This document shows, piece by piece, positions 27,554 through 36,565 of a DNA stretch of 64,000 bases. Both the position numbers and the translations under genes were made by a program. Every line of letters starts with the position of its first letter. Position 1 is the stretch's first letter. The notes below the pieces were generated by a model. It searched no databases and had not been told where the DNA came from. It was given only the letters and a program-made list of their open reading frames with translations. The DNA is taken from NCBI GenBank assembly GCA_964465685.1, contig CAYXKK010000008.1:4121-68120 (forward strand), read 5' to 3'. The stretch is from an uncultured Melioribacter sp. (GTDB lineage: Bacteria > Bacteroidota > Ignavibacteria > Kapaibacteriales > Kapaibacteriaceae).

Positions 27554-29491
27554 ATGCGCATTCTGACGTTGATGGTGCTGCTTCTGTCGACTACAACGCT
27601 GTGTTGGACTCAAGAGTCAGACACATGGTCGTGGAACGTTCAAGGTGCATGGATACGCCCTATCACGTCGAGTGATTTCACCGAGATCCCCGGCGTGCCG
27701 ACGCCCGGCGAACTACTCTACACCAACACGTCGAACCCACCCACTGCTCAGATTGCAATCGGAGTTGACGGTACAATCCTTTCACAGCTTCGTATCGGTG
27801 GACGATTGCGATATGCGTCGATGACGCTTCGCTACGGTGCTGATGAGCGCATTCCGATTGCAAACCCCGATGGACCCGGTATCTATCTCGCGACGATAAC
27901 GCACAATCTCGAAGCGCACAGCGCGAATGTTGACGTCGTTCCATATCTGCGATACGAACCGCTGTCGTGGCTTGCACTTGAAGTAGCTACACCCATTATC
28001 GTGCCGCTTTCATCTCGGTATCAGCAACGAATGTTCTTCGCAGATCCTGTGAACTACCCGTTTCTTGATGGATCAACAGAGCGCATTACTGGACAAGGCG
28101 CAATACCTTCGCTTGCTGTTGCATCGCTTGCGATTCAAGGACGGGTAGAAGGCATCATTCCGCTCACGTCAACGGGCGAGATCTCGCTCACGCCATTTGT
28201 AGCGCTTCAGCAGTCAATCACATCACCTGCATCGAACAATGCACTGGGATCAACCGTGCTCTCAATTGGTATGGGGCTGCGTCGATCGTTCAATGTAGGG
28301 GGCGAGGCAGCGCTCGCACCACCCACGATAGAGCGACGGGAGACGATCTTGCGCGACACAACAGTTGAGCTCAGTCGACTTGTCAAGCAACCTCAAACTA
28401 TTCTGATGAGTAGGGTCACAGACTCAACGCTTGAAGACAACATCGTCTCGGTGATTACGCGTGAGATGTACACAACATTCTACCCGAAGCCACCTGCTAT
28501 TCTACGTGCGTCCATGAAGCTTGCCTTTGTGCACAATGATGGCACCATATCGGATGATGCTTCTGTGTCTGCACTACGTGTTCGTACAACGCACGTCGCA
28601 CAACTCTTGCCGCTTATCGTGTTTGACGAGGAAGCGACAACCCTTCCACAGCGATACACAAGCCTTTCATCAGCTGAAGCGGCCATCTGGAAGCCGACAG
28701 CACAACTCCTCGATGCCCATACGCACTGGCAGTACACCGTGCATAACATCATCGGATCGCGACTGCGTTCGACGCGCGGTGTGTGTAGTTTGTTGGTGTA
28801 CCACAATGGTACAGAGCCAGGCAAACAGCAAGCGGAGCAACGCGTGCAAACGATACGTCGGTACATGCGTGAGACCTTCGGCATTGACGAGCGTCGATTG
28901 CCTGCTCGACTTGGAACTGCCCAGGGTATTCTAGCACAGTCTGTCGTTTTTGACCCAACGTCGGCTGTGGTTGCACCGATTACATCAACGCAGATGCTCA
29001 ACGACACCGAGCTGCCAAGCGTGCGTGTAATTCCAGATGTTGTGAGTGAGATCGGCGTCGAGCGCTGGGCTGTAACGGTCCAGACAAACGGTCGCACTGT
29101 ACGTGTGATATCGGACTCGGGTGCCGTTCCAGAGTTCGTGCCATGGAACATGAACGCTGATCTTCAGTCGGAAGCACGACAGCAAGATGTTGACATCTAT
29201 CTCGAAGTAGTTGATCGCGATAGTGCGTGGGCACGAAGCGAGCCTGCAACGATTCGCCTTCGTTCGCAGGCAACGTCTGATAGGTCGATGATACCCCTTG
29301 AACGCACCGACTACCTTGATCTATCGAGTGCAATTGATGGTGTATCATTACCACAGCAAGCTCACAAGGAGGCTGTGCGAGTCTCGTCCCTAGATAATAC
29401 CATCCAGTGGTACTTGCGTGGACTTGTTGAACCCGAACTATCGGTATACCAGCGCGCTATACTCTGGAGAAAACAAGAACGGCGTCCGTAG
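27554..29491 (+). CDS. Hypothetical envelope protein (signal peptide, beta-rich N-terminal half)
   Basis: The ATG at 27554 gives MRILTLMVLLLSTTTLCWTQE; the track ORF from 27371 overlaps the previous gene. There is a weak OmpA-C-like stretch (QAEQRVQTIRRYMRETFGIDERRL). No firm family was recognised. Confidence 0.5.
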   Translation: MRILTLMVLLLSTTTLCWTQESDTWSWNVQGAWIRPITSSDFTEIPGVPTPGELLYTNTSNPPTAQIAIGVDGTILSQLRIGGRLRYASMTLRYGADERIPIANPDGPGIYLATITHNLEAHSANVDVVPYLRYEPLSWLALEVATPIIVPLSSRYQQRMFFADPVNYPFLDGSTERITGQGAIPSLAVASLAIQGRVEGIIPLTSTGEISLTPFVALQQSITSPASNNALGSTVLSIGMGLRRSFNVGGEAALAPPTIERRETILRDTTVELSRLVKQPQTILMSRVTDSTLEDNIVSVITREMYTTFYPKPPAILRASMKLAFVHNDGTISDDASVSALRVRTTHVAQLLPLIVFDEEATTLPQRYTSLSSAEAAIWKPTAQLLDAHTHWQYTVHNIIGSRLRSTRGVCSLLVYHNGTEPGKQQAEQRVQTIRRYMRETFGIDERRLPARLGTAQGILAQSVVFDPTSAVVAPITSTQMLNDTELPSVRVIPDVVSEIGVERWAVTVQTNGRTVRVISDSGAVPEFVPWNMNADLQSEARQQDVDIYLEVVDRDSAWARSEPATIRLRSQATSDRSMIPLERTDYLDLSSAIDGVSLPQQAHKEAVRVSSLDNTIQWYLRGLVEPELSVYQRAILWRKQERRP

Positions 29492-29532
29492 TGCACTATG
29501 AACGCCGTCTCGTGAACATGGTAACCAGGCGG

Positions 29533-30399
29533 TTACTGTTGTAGTGTTTCGAGTTCTTGTGTCCAACGGACCACATTGCGCTTGTGCGTGCGACCGATTT
29601 CGATAGCGCGTTCGAAGGAACGTGTTGCGCGATCGAGATCACCGCGAGACTTAGCGAGCAGACCCAACTCTCCATGCGCATCCATTTCGTAGTCGACAAG
29701 ACGAACTGTCTGTGCGTGACGAACAGCGGATTCCAGATACGTGCGTGCTTCAGCGGCATTTCCATCAGAACGGAATCGACGGCCTAGAAGCAGTGCATAC
29801 TGTGCGCATCGAACATGATCACTCGTCGTATTGCACTGTTCGTACTCTGCGATGAGCTGCTTCAATACAGGATCGGGTGCCGTGGTCTTCGCATCGATTG
29901 TGATCGGTCTGTCGGCAACTGGCGGTGGAGCTGTAGGAGTTGACACTGCCGTTGGCGCACCATCGTTCACAGGATGCTCAGCGACTGGCAGTTCGACGGT
30001 TGGACGAACAGGTGCCGATTGAATACGCTCGTGAACAGGTTGTTGCGGTGCTGGTTCATCACTCTGTGTAGCGAGATACAATGCGCCACCTGAGATTGCC
30101 ACAGCGGCAGTACCGCCAACAATCCACGTCCATGTGCTATGTGCGAGGAAGCCAAGCACGCCCCCGCTGGCAGCGCCCACGGCGATCTTTGCTGCAATGT
30201 TCGATTCAATCGTTGCGAGAAAGCCCACAGGATAGTCGACGCGCGGAGGATCCTGCTGAAGCAGACGCTCAACGGTGAGCATCTCCTTCACCTCTTGTGC
30301 AAATGATGGGTCTGCTATCTGTCGAGCCTCAAACTCGAGCAGTTGATCCTCGCTCAATGAGCGATCAAGAAACCCTGCTAGTAATTCGTGATTTGTCAT
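29533..30399 (-). CDS. Anti-sigma factor with one TM helix and a periplasmic TPR-like domain
   Basis: Its start overlaps the stop of the ECF sigma gene by 4 nt. Features are the N-terminus LLAGFLDRSLSEDQLLEFE, a TM helix GGTAAVAISGGALYLA, and C-terminal TPR-like helices. Confidence 0.6.
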   Translation of the reverse strand: MTNHELLAGFLDRSLSEDQLLEFEARQIADPSFAQEVKEMLTVERLLQQDPPRVDYPVGFLATIESNIAAKIAVGAASGGVLGFLAHSTWTWIVGGTAAVAISGGALYLATQSDEPAPQQPVHERIQSAPVRPTVELPVAEHPVNDGAPTAVSTPTAPPPVADRPITIDAKTTAPDPVLKQLIAEYEQCNTTSDHVRCAQYALLLGRRFRSDGNAAEARTYLESAVRHAQTVRLVDYEMDAHGELGLLAKSRGDLDRATRSFERAIEIGRTHKRNVVRWTQELETLQQ

Positions 30400-30944
30400 C
30401 GTAGTTCGTCGAGAATCGTGGACATCGTTTGTTGAATGAGTTTCTTGGCTCGAAACACGCGGACTTTTGCGAGAGCGACTGTGATGCCGAGTGTTGCTGC
30501 GATGTCTTCATAGGGAAGATCATCGAAGTACTTCATCGAGAGTGCTTCGCGAAACTCATCCGGGAGTTGACCAATTGCTTTGTGAAGTGCCTGACGGAGA
30601 AGAAAGTCTGAGCTATGTGTGTCTTCGGGTTCGACAGTGACGACCTCATCAGTGATCTCTACCGTATGCTTGCGTCCGCGAATCGTCTTCAAACAGAAGT
30701 TGCGTGCGATCGTGAACAACCAGGCAGCAAACGATCCATCCTGAAACGATGCTCGTTTATCGAATACCGTCATCTGAATTGTCTGGAACACATCCTGAGC
30801 ATCATCATGAGAAGCCAGTGCTCGCAGGCAGTATGCATACACACGCTTGTCATAGCGCTTGAACAGGGTCCGAAAAGCCTGTTCATCGTTCTGATCGCGA
30901 ACCATCGCAAACAGTTCTTCGTCGCTGAGAAGGGTGTAGGGCAT
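30396..30944 (-). CDS. ECF-type RNA polymerase sigma-70 factor
   Basis: Region 2 is YAYCLRALASHDDAQDVFQ..WLFTIARN. Region 4 is LPDEFREALSMKYFDDLPYEDIAATLGITVALAKVRVFRAKK. Confidence 0.9.
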   Translation of the reverse strand: MPYTLLSDEELFAMVRDQNDEQAFRTLFKRYDKRVYAYCLRALASHDDAQDVFQTIQMTVFDKRASFQDGSFAAWLFTIARNFCLKTIRGRKHTVEITDEVVTVEPEDTHSSDFLLRQALHKAIGQLPDEFREALSMKYFDDLPYEDIAATLGITVALAKVRVFRAKKLIQQTMSTILDELR

Positions 30945-31020
30945 GTGTGATCAACTTCGGTAGACAGAGACAAGAATCCCGATACTTGGGCGCGGTTACA
31001 TCACTGCCGTATCTTTTCGC

Positions 31021-32151
31021 ATGAGATCGTATTGGGACATCACCTCGTGGCAAACCTACGACGTTGTAATCGTCGGAGGGGGCATTGTTGGAATCAGTAC
31101 GGCGCTCTCCTGTGCTGAGCGCTATCCTGGACGTCGAATCGTAGTACTTGAGCGTGGGCATGTACCATCGGGTGCCACCACCCGTAATGCCGGCTTTGCG
31201 TGCTTTGGCTCGTTGAGCGAGGTCGTGTACGATATCGATATGATGGGCGCAGATCCTGCGCATGCCCTTGTGCAACGCCGCTGGGACGGACTTCGTCTGC
31301 TCACACAGCGATGTGGTGTTGAGGACATGCGATATGTGCACGACGGAGGGAATGAGGTATTCCTCGATGAACATCCATCACTTGCTCGCATCGACGAAGT
31401 GAATGCGCTTCTACGCGATGTGATTGGTGAAGATCCATTCCATCATCGGTTGGATCTGCGCGATGAATACGGTTTGTCGACGAACATTCATGCGCTCATT
31501 CACACGCCACACGAAGGCACAATTCACTCCGGCATGATGCTACGAGCGCTGTGGCGACGCGCAACTGCTATGGGTGTAGAGATTCGCACTGGCACGTTGG
31601 TCACAAGTATTGATGCGCATGAGTCGGGAGTCACCATTCATTGTGACAGTCCCCAACAACGTCTCGATATCACAAGTGCATATGTGGTCGTTGCAACGAA
31701 TGCGATGATCCCTTCGCTCGTTAACTCACCGACTATCCCACACATAACACCTGGTCGCGGACAAGTTCTTGTGACAGAGAAGATACCAGGGCTAGCACTG
31801 CGGGGGTCATTCCATTACGACGAAGGCTACTACTACTTCCGCGAACTTGACGGTCGCGTGTTGTTAGGGGGCGGGCGTAACCTCGACTTCGCCGGAGAGA
31901 CAACAACATCGCACGACGTCACGGAGTCGATTCAAACCGCGCTCGATAATCTCCTGCGCACGATAATCTTACCGCACCATCACCACATCGCGATTGAACA
32001 CCGCTGGGCAGGGACCATGGCATTTACTGATAACAAACAGCCAGTAGTTGCAAATGCGCAGCCGCGCGTCGTAGTAGCGTTTGGATGCAACGGAATGGGC
32101 GTAGCACTCGGCTCCAGTATTGGCGAAGAAGCCGCAGAGCTTATAGCCTAA
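31021..32151 (+). CDS. FAD-dependent oxidoreductase (DAO family)
   Basis: N-terminal dinucleotide fold YDVVIVGGGIVGISTA. The length and C-terminus (GCNGMGVALG) fit DAO-type enzymes. Confidence 0.8.
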   Translation: MRSYWDITSWQTYDVVIVGGGIVGISTALSCAERYPGRRIVVLERGHVPSGATTRNAGFACFGSLSEVVYDIDMMGADPAHALVQRRWDGLRLLTQRCGVEDMRYVHDGGNEVFLDEHPSLARIDEVNALLRDVIGEDPFHHRLDLRDEYGLSTNIHALIHTPHEGTIHSGMMLRALWRRATAMGVEIRTGTLVTSIDAHESGVTIHCDSPQQRLDITSAYVVVATNAMIPSLVNSPTIPHITPGRGQVLVTEKIPGLALRGSFHYDEGYYYFRELDGRVLLGGGRNLDFAGETTTSHDVTESIQTALDNLLRTIILPHHHHIAIEHRWAGTMAFTDNKQPVVANAQPRVVVAFGCNGMGVALGSSIGEEAAELIA

Positions 32152-32162
32152 GCTCGAAAGAG

Positions 32163-32199
32163 AAACGGGCACTCATCTTGGAGGATGAGCGCCCGTTTT
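32163..32199. terminator. Bidirectional terminator between the convergent oxidoreductase and rhodopsin genes
   Basis: AAACGGGCACTCATC-TTGGAG-GATGAGCGCCCGTTT forms a 15-bp stem with one mismatch, and both strands have T-rich flanks. Confidence 0.7.
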
Positions 32200-32220
32200 C
32201 ACGTCAACTGCAGATGGTGA

Positions 32221-32994
32221 CTACTTCGAGTCGTTGATTGCCATCACATAGACAACCAGGCCGAAGCCGATCTTGTTTACAGCATCACCGATGTTGTAGA
32301 TAAGGTCCATGTTTGTCACTGGCATCATACCAGCGAGGAGATTGCCTGGGAGCAACATGTATCCAATCGGATAGATTGCCCAACCGACCAATGCGAACCA
32401 GCGGAGACGAACGAAAGCTGTCTTAACGCCTGCGTTGTCGGATGCATCAACACGCTTGCGTGCTTCACCCATGTAGATTTCATAGATGATGATCGCCCAA
32501 CCGATAGTTGAGATCACACCCCACAAAACGTTTGACTCAGGTTGGACGGCTTCTCCCATGTAGCCAGCGACCAGCATGAGAATCGCACCGCCGAACAAGC
32601 GCCACAGCATTGAGGAGGAAGCACCGGCAGGCCGGAGCAAGAGGTAGAACTCAATACACATCAACGGAACGGTCAGGATCCAGTCGATATACCGGAACTG
32701 TGTTGGTGACGTACCTGTATCGAGCCACACACCACGCATGTAGAAATAGTGTACAGCGGCGATCATCGTGATCAACCCTGACACGAGCATTGATGTCTTC
32801 CACTTATCCGAGACGCGACCGCGCTCGAAGAAGAAGAACACCGACGCGGCGAACATCGCCATGTACCCGATAAAGAACGTGAATCCGATGTAGTCGCCAG
32901 CGGCGAGTGTACCATCGGAGGCCAGTGCTGTGCTTGAACCAAGCAGAGCTACTGACAGAGAAAGAGCTGCAAAACGCAGGGTAGCAGAGACCAT
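32221..32994 (-). CDS. Proteorhodopsin, DTE-motif light-driven proton pump, predicted green-absorbing
   Basis: Near-collinear with green proteorhodopsin: VFFFFERGRVSDKWKTS, HYFYMRGVW, RYIDWILTVPLMCIEFY (D97/T101/M105/E108 equivalents) and Schiff-base Lys in IGDAVNKIGFG. The start at 32994 is preceded by GAGGGAGGA, and the N-terminus is a signal peptide. Confidence 0.92.
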   Translation of the reverse strand: MVSATLRFAALSLSVALLGSSTALASDGTLAAGDYIGFTFFIGYMAMFAASVFFFFERGRVSDKWKTSMLVSGLITMIAAVHYFYMRGVWLDTGTSPTQFRYIDWILTVPLMCIEFYLLLRPAGASSSMLWRLFGGAILMLVAGYMGEAVQPESNVLWGVISTIGWAIIIYEIYMGEARKRVDASDNAGVKTAFVRLRWFALVGWAIYPIGYMLLPGNLLAGMMPVTNMDLIYNIGDAVNKIGFGLVVYVMAINDSK

Positions 32995-33040
32995 AGGTCC
33001 TCCCTCGTAATTCAGAATAACCGCACAGCCGTTAGTCGGC

Positions 33041-33079
33041 ATATCGCGGAGTCACATCACTGTTGATTGACCTCGCGAT
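33041..33079 (-). promoter_or_regulatory. Imperfect inverted repeat 47 nt upstream of the rhodopsin start codon
   Basis: TATCGCGGAGTCA-N13-TGACCTCGCGATA has 13 positions with one mismatch and one G-T. It could be an operator or a 5'-UTR hairpin. Confidence 0.35.
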
Positions 33080-33266
33080 ACAACGAATACTACTTCGTTG
33101 TTCCTGGCGTTGATTCTCTTGCAAGCGTTTGTCTTGATCCTGGCGTGTCAACAGACAACCAATGAACCGATCTGATCAGTTCCCCGACCCCGTAAAATAT
33201 ACCCTTTCGGATGGGAATCAAGTGTTTTCAGGCTGCTGCTGGCCCGCCTGACCGTATTTTTGTGAC

Positions 33267-34373
33267 GTGGCAATAGCAAAACGTGATATCGTGGCCGGTC
33301 CGCCCGAGCTAAAGGGGCACCCCCTCAGTGACTTAGAGCACATGTTTCTGGAGCGTGGCGAGAAGAAGTATCGCGCTCAGCAGGTCTACGATGCGCTGTA
33401 CATCCATCGTATCGACGATGTGGCTGGGATGAACCTTCTGCCGCAGCAGCTTCGCGATTCCCTGCAGGCTGATTATCGCACCGAGAGCGTTCGACTTCAG
33501 ACAGTCCAGCATTCTGAGGACGGCACGAAGAAGTTCCTCTTCGAGCTCCACGACGGTCGTGCGGTCGAGAGCGTCCTCATCCCAAGTGAGATGCGAGAAG
33601 CTGACGGTGGACCACGTCGACTTACGCTGTGTGTATCTACGCAGGTTGGATGCAACCTTGGATGTGTGTTCTGTGCAACTGCATCGCTGAAGCTTACACG
33701 CAATCTCACGTCAGGTGAGATCGTTGACCAGTTCCTCCAGGCGCAGAAGTATTCAGAGAAACCGATCACGAACATCGTGTTCATGGGCATGGGCGAGCCG
33801 ATGAACAACTACGACGCAGTGATGCGTGCAACGCAGATCTTTAATGACCAGCGCACCAAGATGGTGGCGCCACGTCGCACGACGCTTTCAACGGCAGGTG
33901 TTATTCCGGGCATCATTCGCATGGCGGATGAAGGACAGATCATCAAGCTTGCTGTGTCGCTGCATGCAACCACGCAAGATGTACGCGCCGAACTCATGCC
34001 GATTGCGAAGAAGTACACACTGCCGGAACTCATCGAAGCACTCGAGTACTACTATCGTGCTACGCGAAAGAGTGTGACGTACGAGTACATTCTCTTTGAT
34101 GGGATCAACGATTCTATCGACGATGTGCGACGCCTTGGCAAGCTTGCACGACGCATGCCGACGAAGGTGAATGTGATTCCATTCCATGACATCGACTTCA
34201 CACAGCCGCAGGGATTTGCGAAGACATTGAAGCCGTCGCCATCGGAGCGCTTCGAGTGGTTCCTGCAGAAGCTGCGAGAGGAAGACGTTCAGGTTCTCGT
34301 ACGTTCATCGAGTGGTGTCGACATTGATGCAGCGTGCGGACAGCTTGCGCTTTCCAAGGAGCAGGCAGCATGA
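33267..34373 (+). CDS. rlmN: 23S rRNA/tRNA (adenine-C2)-methyltransferase RlmN (radical SAM)
   Basis: Motifs GEKKYRAQQVYDALY, radical-SAM CNLGCVFCAT, MGMGEP and CGQL near the C-terminus. Confidence 0.92.
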   Translation: MAIAKRDIVAGPPELKGHPLSDLEHMFLERGEKKYRAQQVYDALYIHRIDDVAGMNLLPQQLRDSLQADYRTESVRLQTVQHSEDGTKKFLFELHDGRAVESVLIPSEMREADGGPRRLTLCVSTQVGCNLGCVFCATASLKLTRNLTSGEIVDQFLQAQKYSEKPITNIVFMGMGEPMNNYDAVMRATQIFNDQRTKMVAPRRTTLSTAGVIPGIIRMADEGQIIKLAVSLHATTQDVRAELMPIAKKYTLPELIEALEYYYRATRKSVTYEYILFDGINDSIDDVRRLGKLARRMPTKVNVIPFHDIDFTQPQGFAKTLKPSPSERFEWFLQKLREEDVQVLVRSSSGVDIDAACGQLALSKEQAA

Positions 34374-35314
34374 TGCGCTTCGTTGTTCTGATAATGTTGC
34401 TTGTTGGCTCTATCTGCGTGTATCCCCAGCAGATATCGGCACAGCCAAGCGGAATTGGTGATCATGCGCTTGACGCAATGGAGTACGACACGGACGCCGA
34501 GTACTATGTGCGATTGATTAACGGCGATGTCGTCACAGGTCAGATCGTCGAAATCTCCTCTGATTCGTTGGGTTCGTTTTTGCGAATCGCAACATCGTTT
34601 GGTCGTGCCCGACTCTATGCACGCGAGATATCGTGGATAGGACCGCGAGAAGCATCCTATCGTGCGCGTCATCGTGGAATTCTGTTGCCAACAGCGCAGC
34701 CCATTGGCAACGACCACTATCTCGCACTTGTCGAGGGCGTGATGCCAACGATTGGTGTTGGTATAGGCTCAATACTGAGTATCACCGCCGGACGTACGGT
34801 TGTGCCGGGGATTGGTTGGTCGAATCAGTTCAGCACGGTCAATGTCAAAGGCACGATTTACGAAGGCCCGAATGGGCTTGTGGAGCAAGGCAAGCAGGTG
34901 TACGCGCTTGGTGTAAACGGCGCATGGATAAACGATGTGAACTTCATCGGTCATGTGTACGGTGTGGCCACATACACAGGCAAGCGTACAAGTGTAAGCA
35001 CGCTTGTCCACGCCAAGGTTTCAGGGAAGGACGATTACACGATAAGTGGTGGGACGTTGTTTAGCCCCTTCCGATTTCCGTACGCAAATGGTACGATTGG
35101 TATCGCATTCATGATGGATGTGCGATTTCCTGAAATGCACGACCTGCATTTCATCGGTGAGTTATGGAACTCAGACATACTCCGACCATCAAACAGTGCA
35201 TTGTTTATGGGTTTGCGTCAAGGCAACACCACCCTCACGTTCGACTTCGGTGTGGCGGTATTGCCCGGACCCAATGTTGCGCCTGCGCTCGTAGTGCAGT
35301 GGACGCCGTTTTAG
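34370..35314 (+). CDS. Hypothetical outer-membrane protein
   Basis: The ATG at 34370 overlaps the rlmN stop (ATGA). Signal peptide MMRFVVLIMLLVGSICVYPQQ and a beta-rich sequence ending ..VVQWTPF. Confidence 0.5.
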   Translation: MMRFVVLIMLLVGSICVYPQQISAQPSGIGDHALDAMEYDTDAEYYVRLINGDVVTGQIVEISSDSLGSFLRIATSFGRARLYAREISWIGPREASYRARHRGILLPTAQPIGNDHYLALVEGVMPTIGVGIGSILSITAGRTVVPGIGWSNQFSTVNVKGTIYEGPNGLVEQGKQVYALGVNGAWINDVNFIGHVYGVATYTGKRTSVSTLVHAKVSGKDDYTISGGTLFSPFRFPYANGTIGIAFMMDVRFPEMHDLHFIGELWNSDILRPSNSALFMGLRQGNTTLTFDFGVAVLPGPNVAPALVVQWTPF

Positions 35315-36081
35315 AGTGTAGGCGGGAAGACGGTAACGGGGATTTCTTTCCCCGACTTCGTGAACAGATGGACGCCAACTAAGCCGTACTTATGGTTCGT
35401 GACGTACACGATCTTCTGGAGTACGGGATCGCCATCAACAACGCTCTCTGTCTTGTACACCGTAAGCCTCCAGAACGCAACAGGGTAATCATCAGTTGAT
35501 GAGTGATGTGTAACGGTCCGACGAGTGGTCACACCCTTACTATCGGTGAATGTCCAGCTATCACCAACCTTCATGTTGTACTTGATGATCGTGAATGGCT
35601 TGCTGAGATCGCCCTTTGATGCCATGAATTCCTGGATTCCTTGATCTGTGGCTTTGACCTTGATATCGGCCTTGATCTTCAAGCGTTGTGGTGTTGAGAG
35701 ATCGATTGTCGCGCCGTATGTATCAAGAATCCAGTTCACAACTTCCAGCTTTGCTGCCAGTGGCAGGTCCTGTGTGCCGAGCAGGGTATCGAACTCATGT
35801 ACAAGATCAAATGAAGCATCAAGGTTGACCGAAACCGTGGTTATCCCGTTCTCGCGCTTGGTGACGACACTGGAATCCTTGTAATCATACTTCCAACCGC
35901 TGTTTGGGAAGAGTTGAGACAAGTTCAACGACGCATCAAACTGCTGTCCGACCTCAGTCAGCTCAAGATTAGTGTTACCGTTGAGGTCGTTTGGGCCCTC
36001 CTCTGTGGAGTCAAGAAGTCCGCATGAGGGAAGTACAACGCTTACAAAACACGCTACGAGAAGGAGTCGAAGAGTCGACAT
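35311..36081 (-). CDS. Hypothetical lipoprotein
   Basis: The ATG at 36081 gives MSTLRLLLVACFVSVVLPSCG, which contains a lipobox. No family was recognised. Confidence 0.55.
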   Translation of the reverse strand: MSTLRLLLVACFVSVVLPSCGLLDSTEEGPNDLNGNTNLELTEVGQQFDASLNLSQLFPNSGWKYDYKDSSVVTKRENGITTVSVNLDASFDLVHEFDTLLGTQDLPLAAKLEVVNWILDTYGATIDLSTPQRLKIKADIKVKATDQGIQEFMASKGDLSKPFTIIKYNMKVGDSWTFTDSKGVTTRRTVTHHSSTDDYPVAFWRLTVYKTESVVDGDPVLQKIVYVTNHKYGLVGVHLFTKSGKEIPVTVFPPTL

Positions 36082-36238
36082 GGTGATGCTCCTGTTACGA
36101 AGATGAAGTGATATCTGCACCGCAATCTCCCCAGGTCCGACGGCGAATACTATGACAAATGTCAGGTTGGGCTGCAAACTTGGCCGTAGCTCGAATAAGA
36201 AAATTCCCTCGTGTTCGTATATTTGTCGCTCGCTACAC

Positions 36239-36311
36239 GGTTCGGTAGCTCAGTTGGTAGAGCAATGGACTGAAAATCCATGTGTCGGGGGTTCAACTCC
36301 CTCCCGAACCA
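36239..36311 (+). tRNA. tRNA-Phe (GAA)
   Basis: GGTTCGGTAGCTCAGTTGGTAGAGC..anticodon loop CTGAAAA (GAA at 36272-36274)..GGTTCAACTCC T-arm..CCGAACCA. The acceptor stem GGTTCGG/CCGAACC pairs perfectly. CCA is not encoded. Confidence 0.95.
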
Positions 36312-36319
36312 CAACAAAA

Positions 36320-36360
36320 ACGACCCCTTGTACCTCGCGGTTCAAGGGGTCGTTTCGTTT
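36320..36360 (+). terminator. Rho-independent terminator after tRNA-Phe
   Basis: ACGACCCCTTG-N12-CAAGGGGTCGT is a perfect 11-bp stem followed by TTCGTTT. Confidence 0.75.
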
Positions 36361-36385
36361 ACGCGGTTGCTGGGGGGAGCCCCCT

Positions 36386-36422
36386 ACAGAACAAACGCTC
36401 TCGCACCAGGGGCACGAGAGCG
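36386..36422 (-). terminator. Putative terminator of the small minus-strand peptide gene
   Basis: CGCTCTCG-N11-CGAGAGCG forms the stem. On the minus strand it is followed by TTTGTTCTGT, 24 nt after the peptide stop. Confidence 0.5.
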
Positions 36423-36445
36423 TGAGAAATCGGCGGTGTGTCTGC

Positions 36446-36565
36446 TTATGGGCAGACTTCGCACGATGGACACTCGGCAGGGGCGCTTGTGGTATAAGCG
36501 CTAACACCTGCTGCGACGAGTGATACCAAAACGAGTGCTGCTACGATGATCTTTGTGATCTTCAT
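36446..36565 (-). CDS. 39-aa secreted or membrane-anchored Cys-rich peptide
   Basis: Translation: MKITKIIVAALVLVSLVAAGVSAYTTSAPAECPSCEVCP. GGAG lies 6 nt upstream of the ATG, and a hairpin with a T-tract lies downstream. The C-terminus carries a CxxCxxC motif. Confidence 0.45.
   Translation of the reverse strand: MKITKIIVAALVLVSLVAAGVSAYTTSAPAECPSCEVCP

Noticed and set aside
25668-29151. Long antisense ORFs (25668..26393 at 241 aa, 26547..27458 at 303 aa, 28480..29151 at 223 aa). Similar shadow ORFs occur elsewhere (17954..18550, 22116..22673, 40921..41484, 50294..50917, 53413..53994).
   Set aside because: Each lies wholly inside a better-supported gene on the other strand or in another frame. 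Their compositions are Ser/Arg/Thr-rich and typical of shadow frames, with no recognisable motifs.
31010-31017. Bacteroidetes-type -7 promoter boxes (TAnnTTTG-like): TATCTTTT at 31010-31017, TATTTTTG at 33255-33262 and TAACTTTT (minus strand) near 63216-63224.
   Set aside because: The first two lie only 3-5 nt from the annotated start codons, which would imply leaderless mRNAs, one of them with a GTG start. The motif is short and AT-rich, so chance matches are likely. It cannot be evaluated without transcription start-site data.
31021-32151. The FAD oxidoreductase next to the rhodopsin as a carotenoid desaturase (CrtI).
   Set aside because: At 376 aa it has DAO-family features, whereas CrtI-type desaturases are about 490 aa with different C-terminal motifs. 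The gene is also convergent with the opsin and separated from it by a terminator.
36372-36385. GGGGGAGCCCCC palindrome downstream of tRNA-Phe.
   Set aside because: The 2-nt loop makes a stable hairpin unlikely, and no function is evident.
36152-36523. Track ORFs crossing the tRNA-Phe locus (36152..36523, 36250..36507, 36280..36504).
   Set aside because: They overlap a canonical tRNA and two terminator hairpins, so they are not plausible coding sequences.
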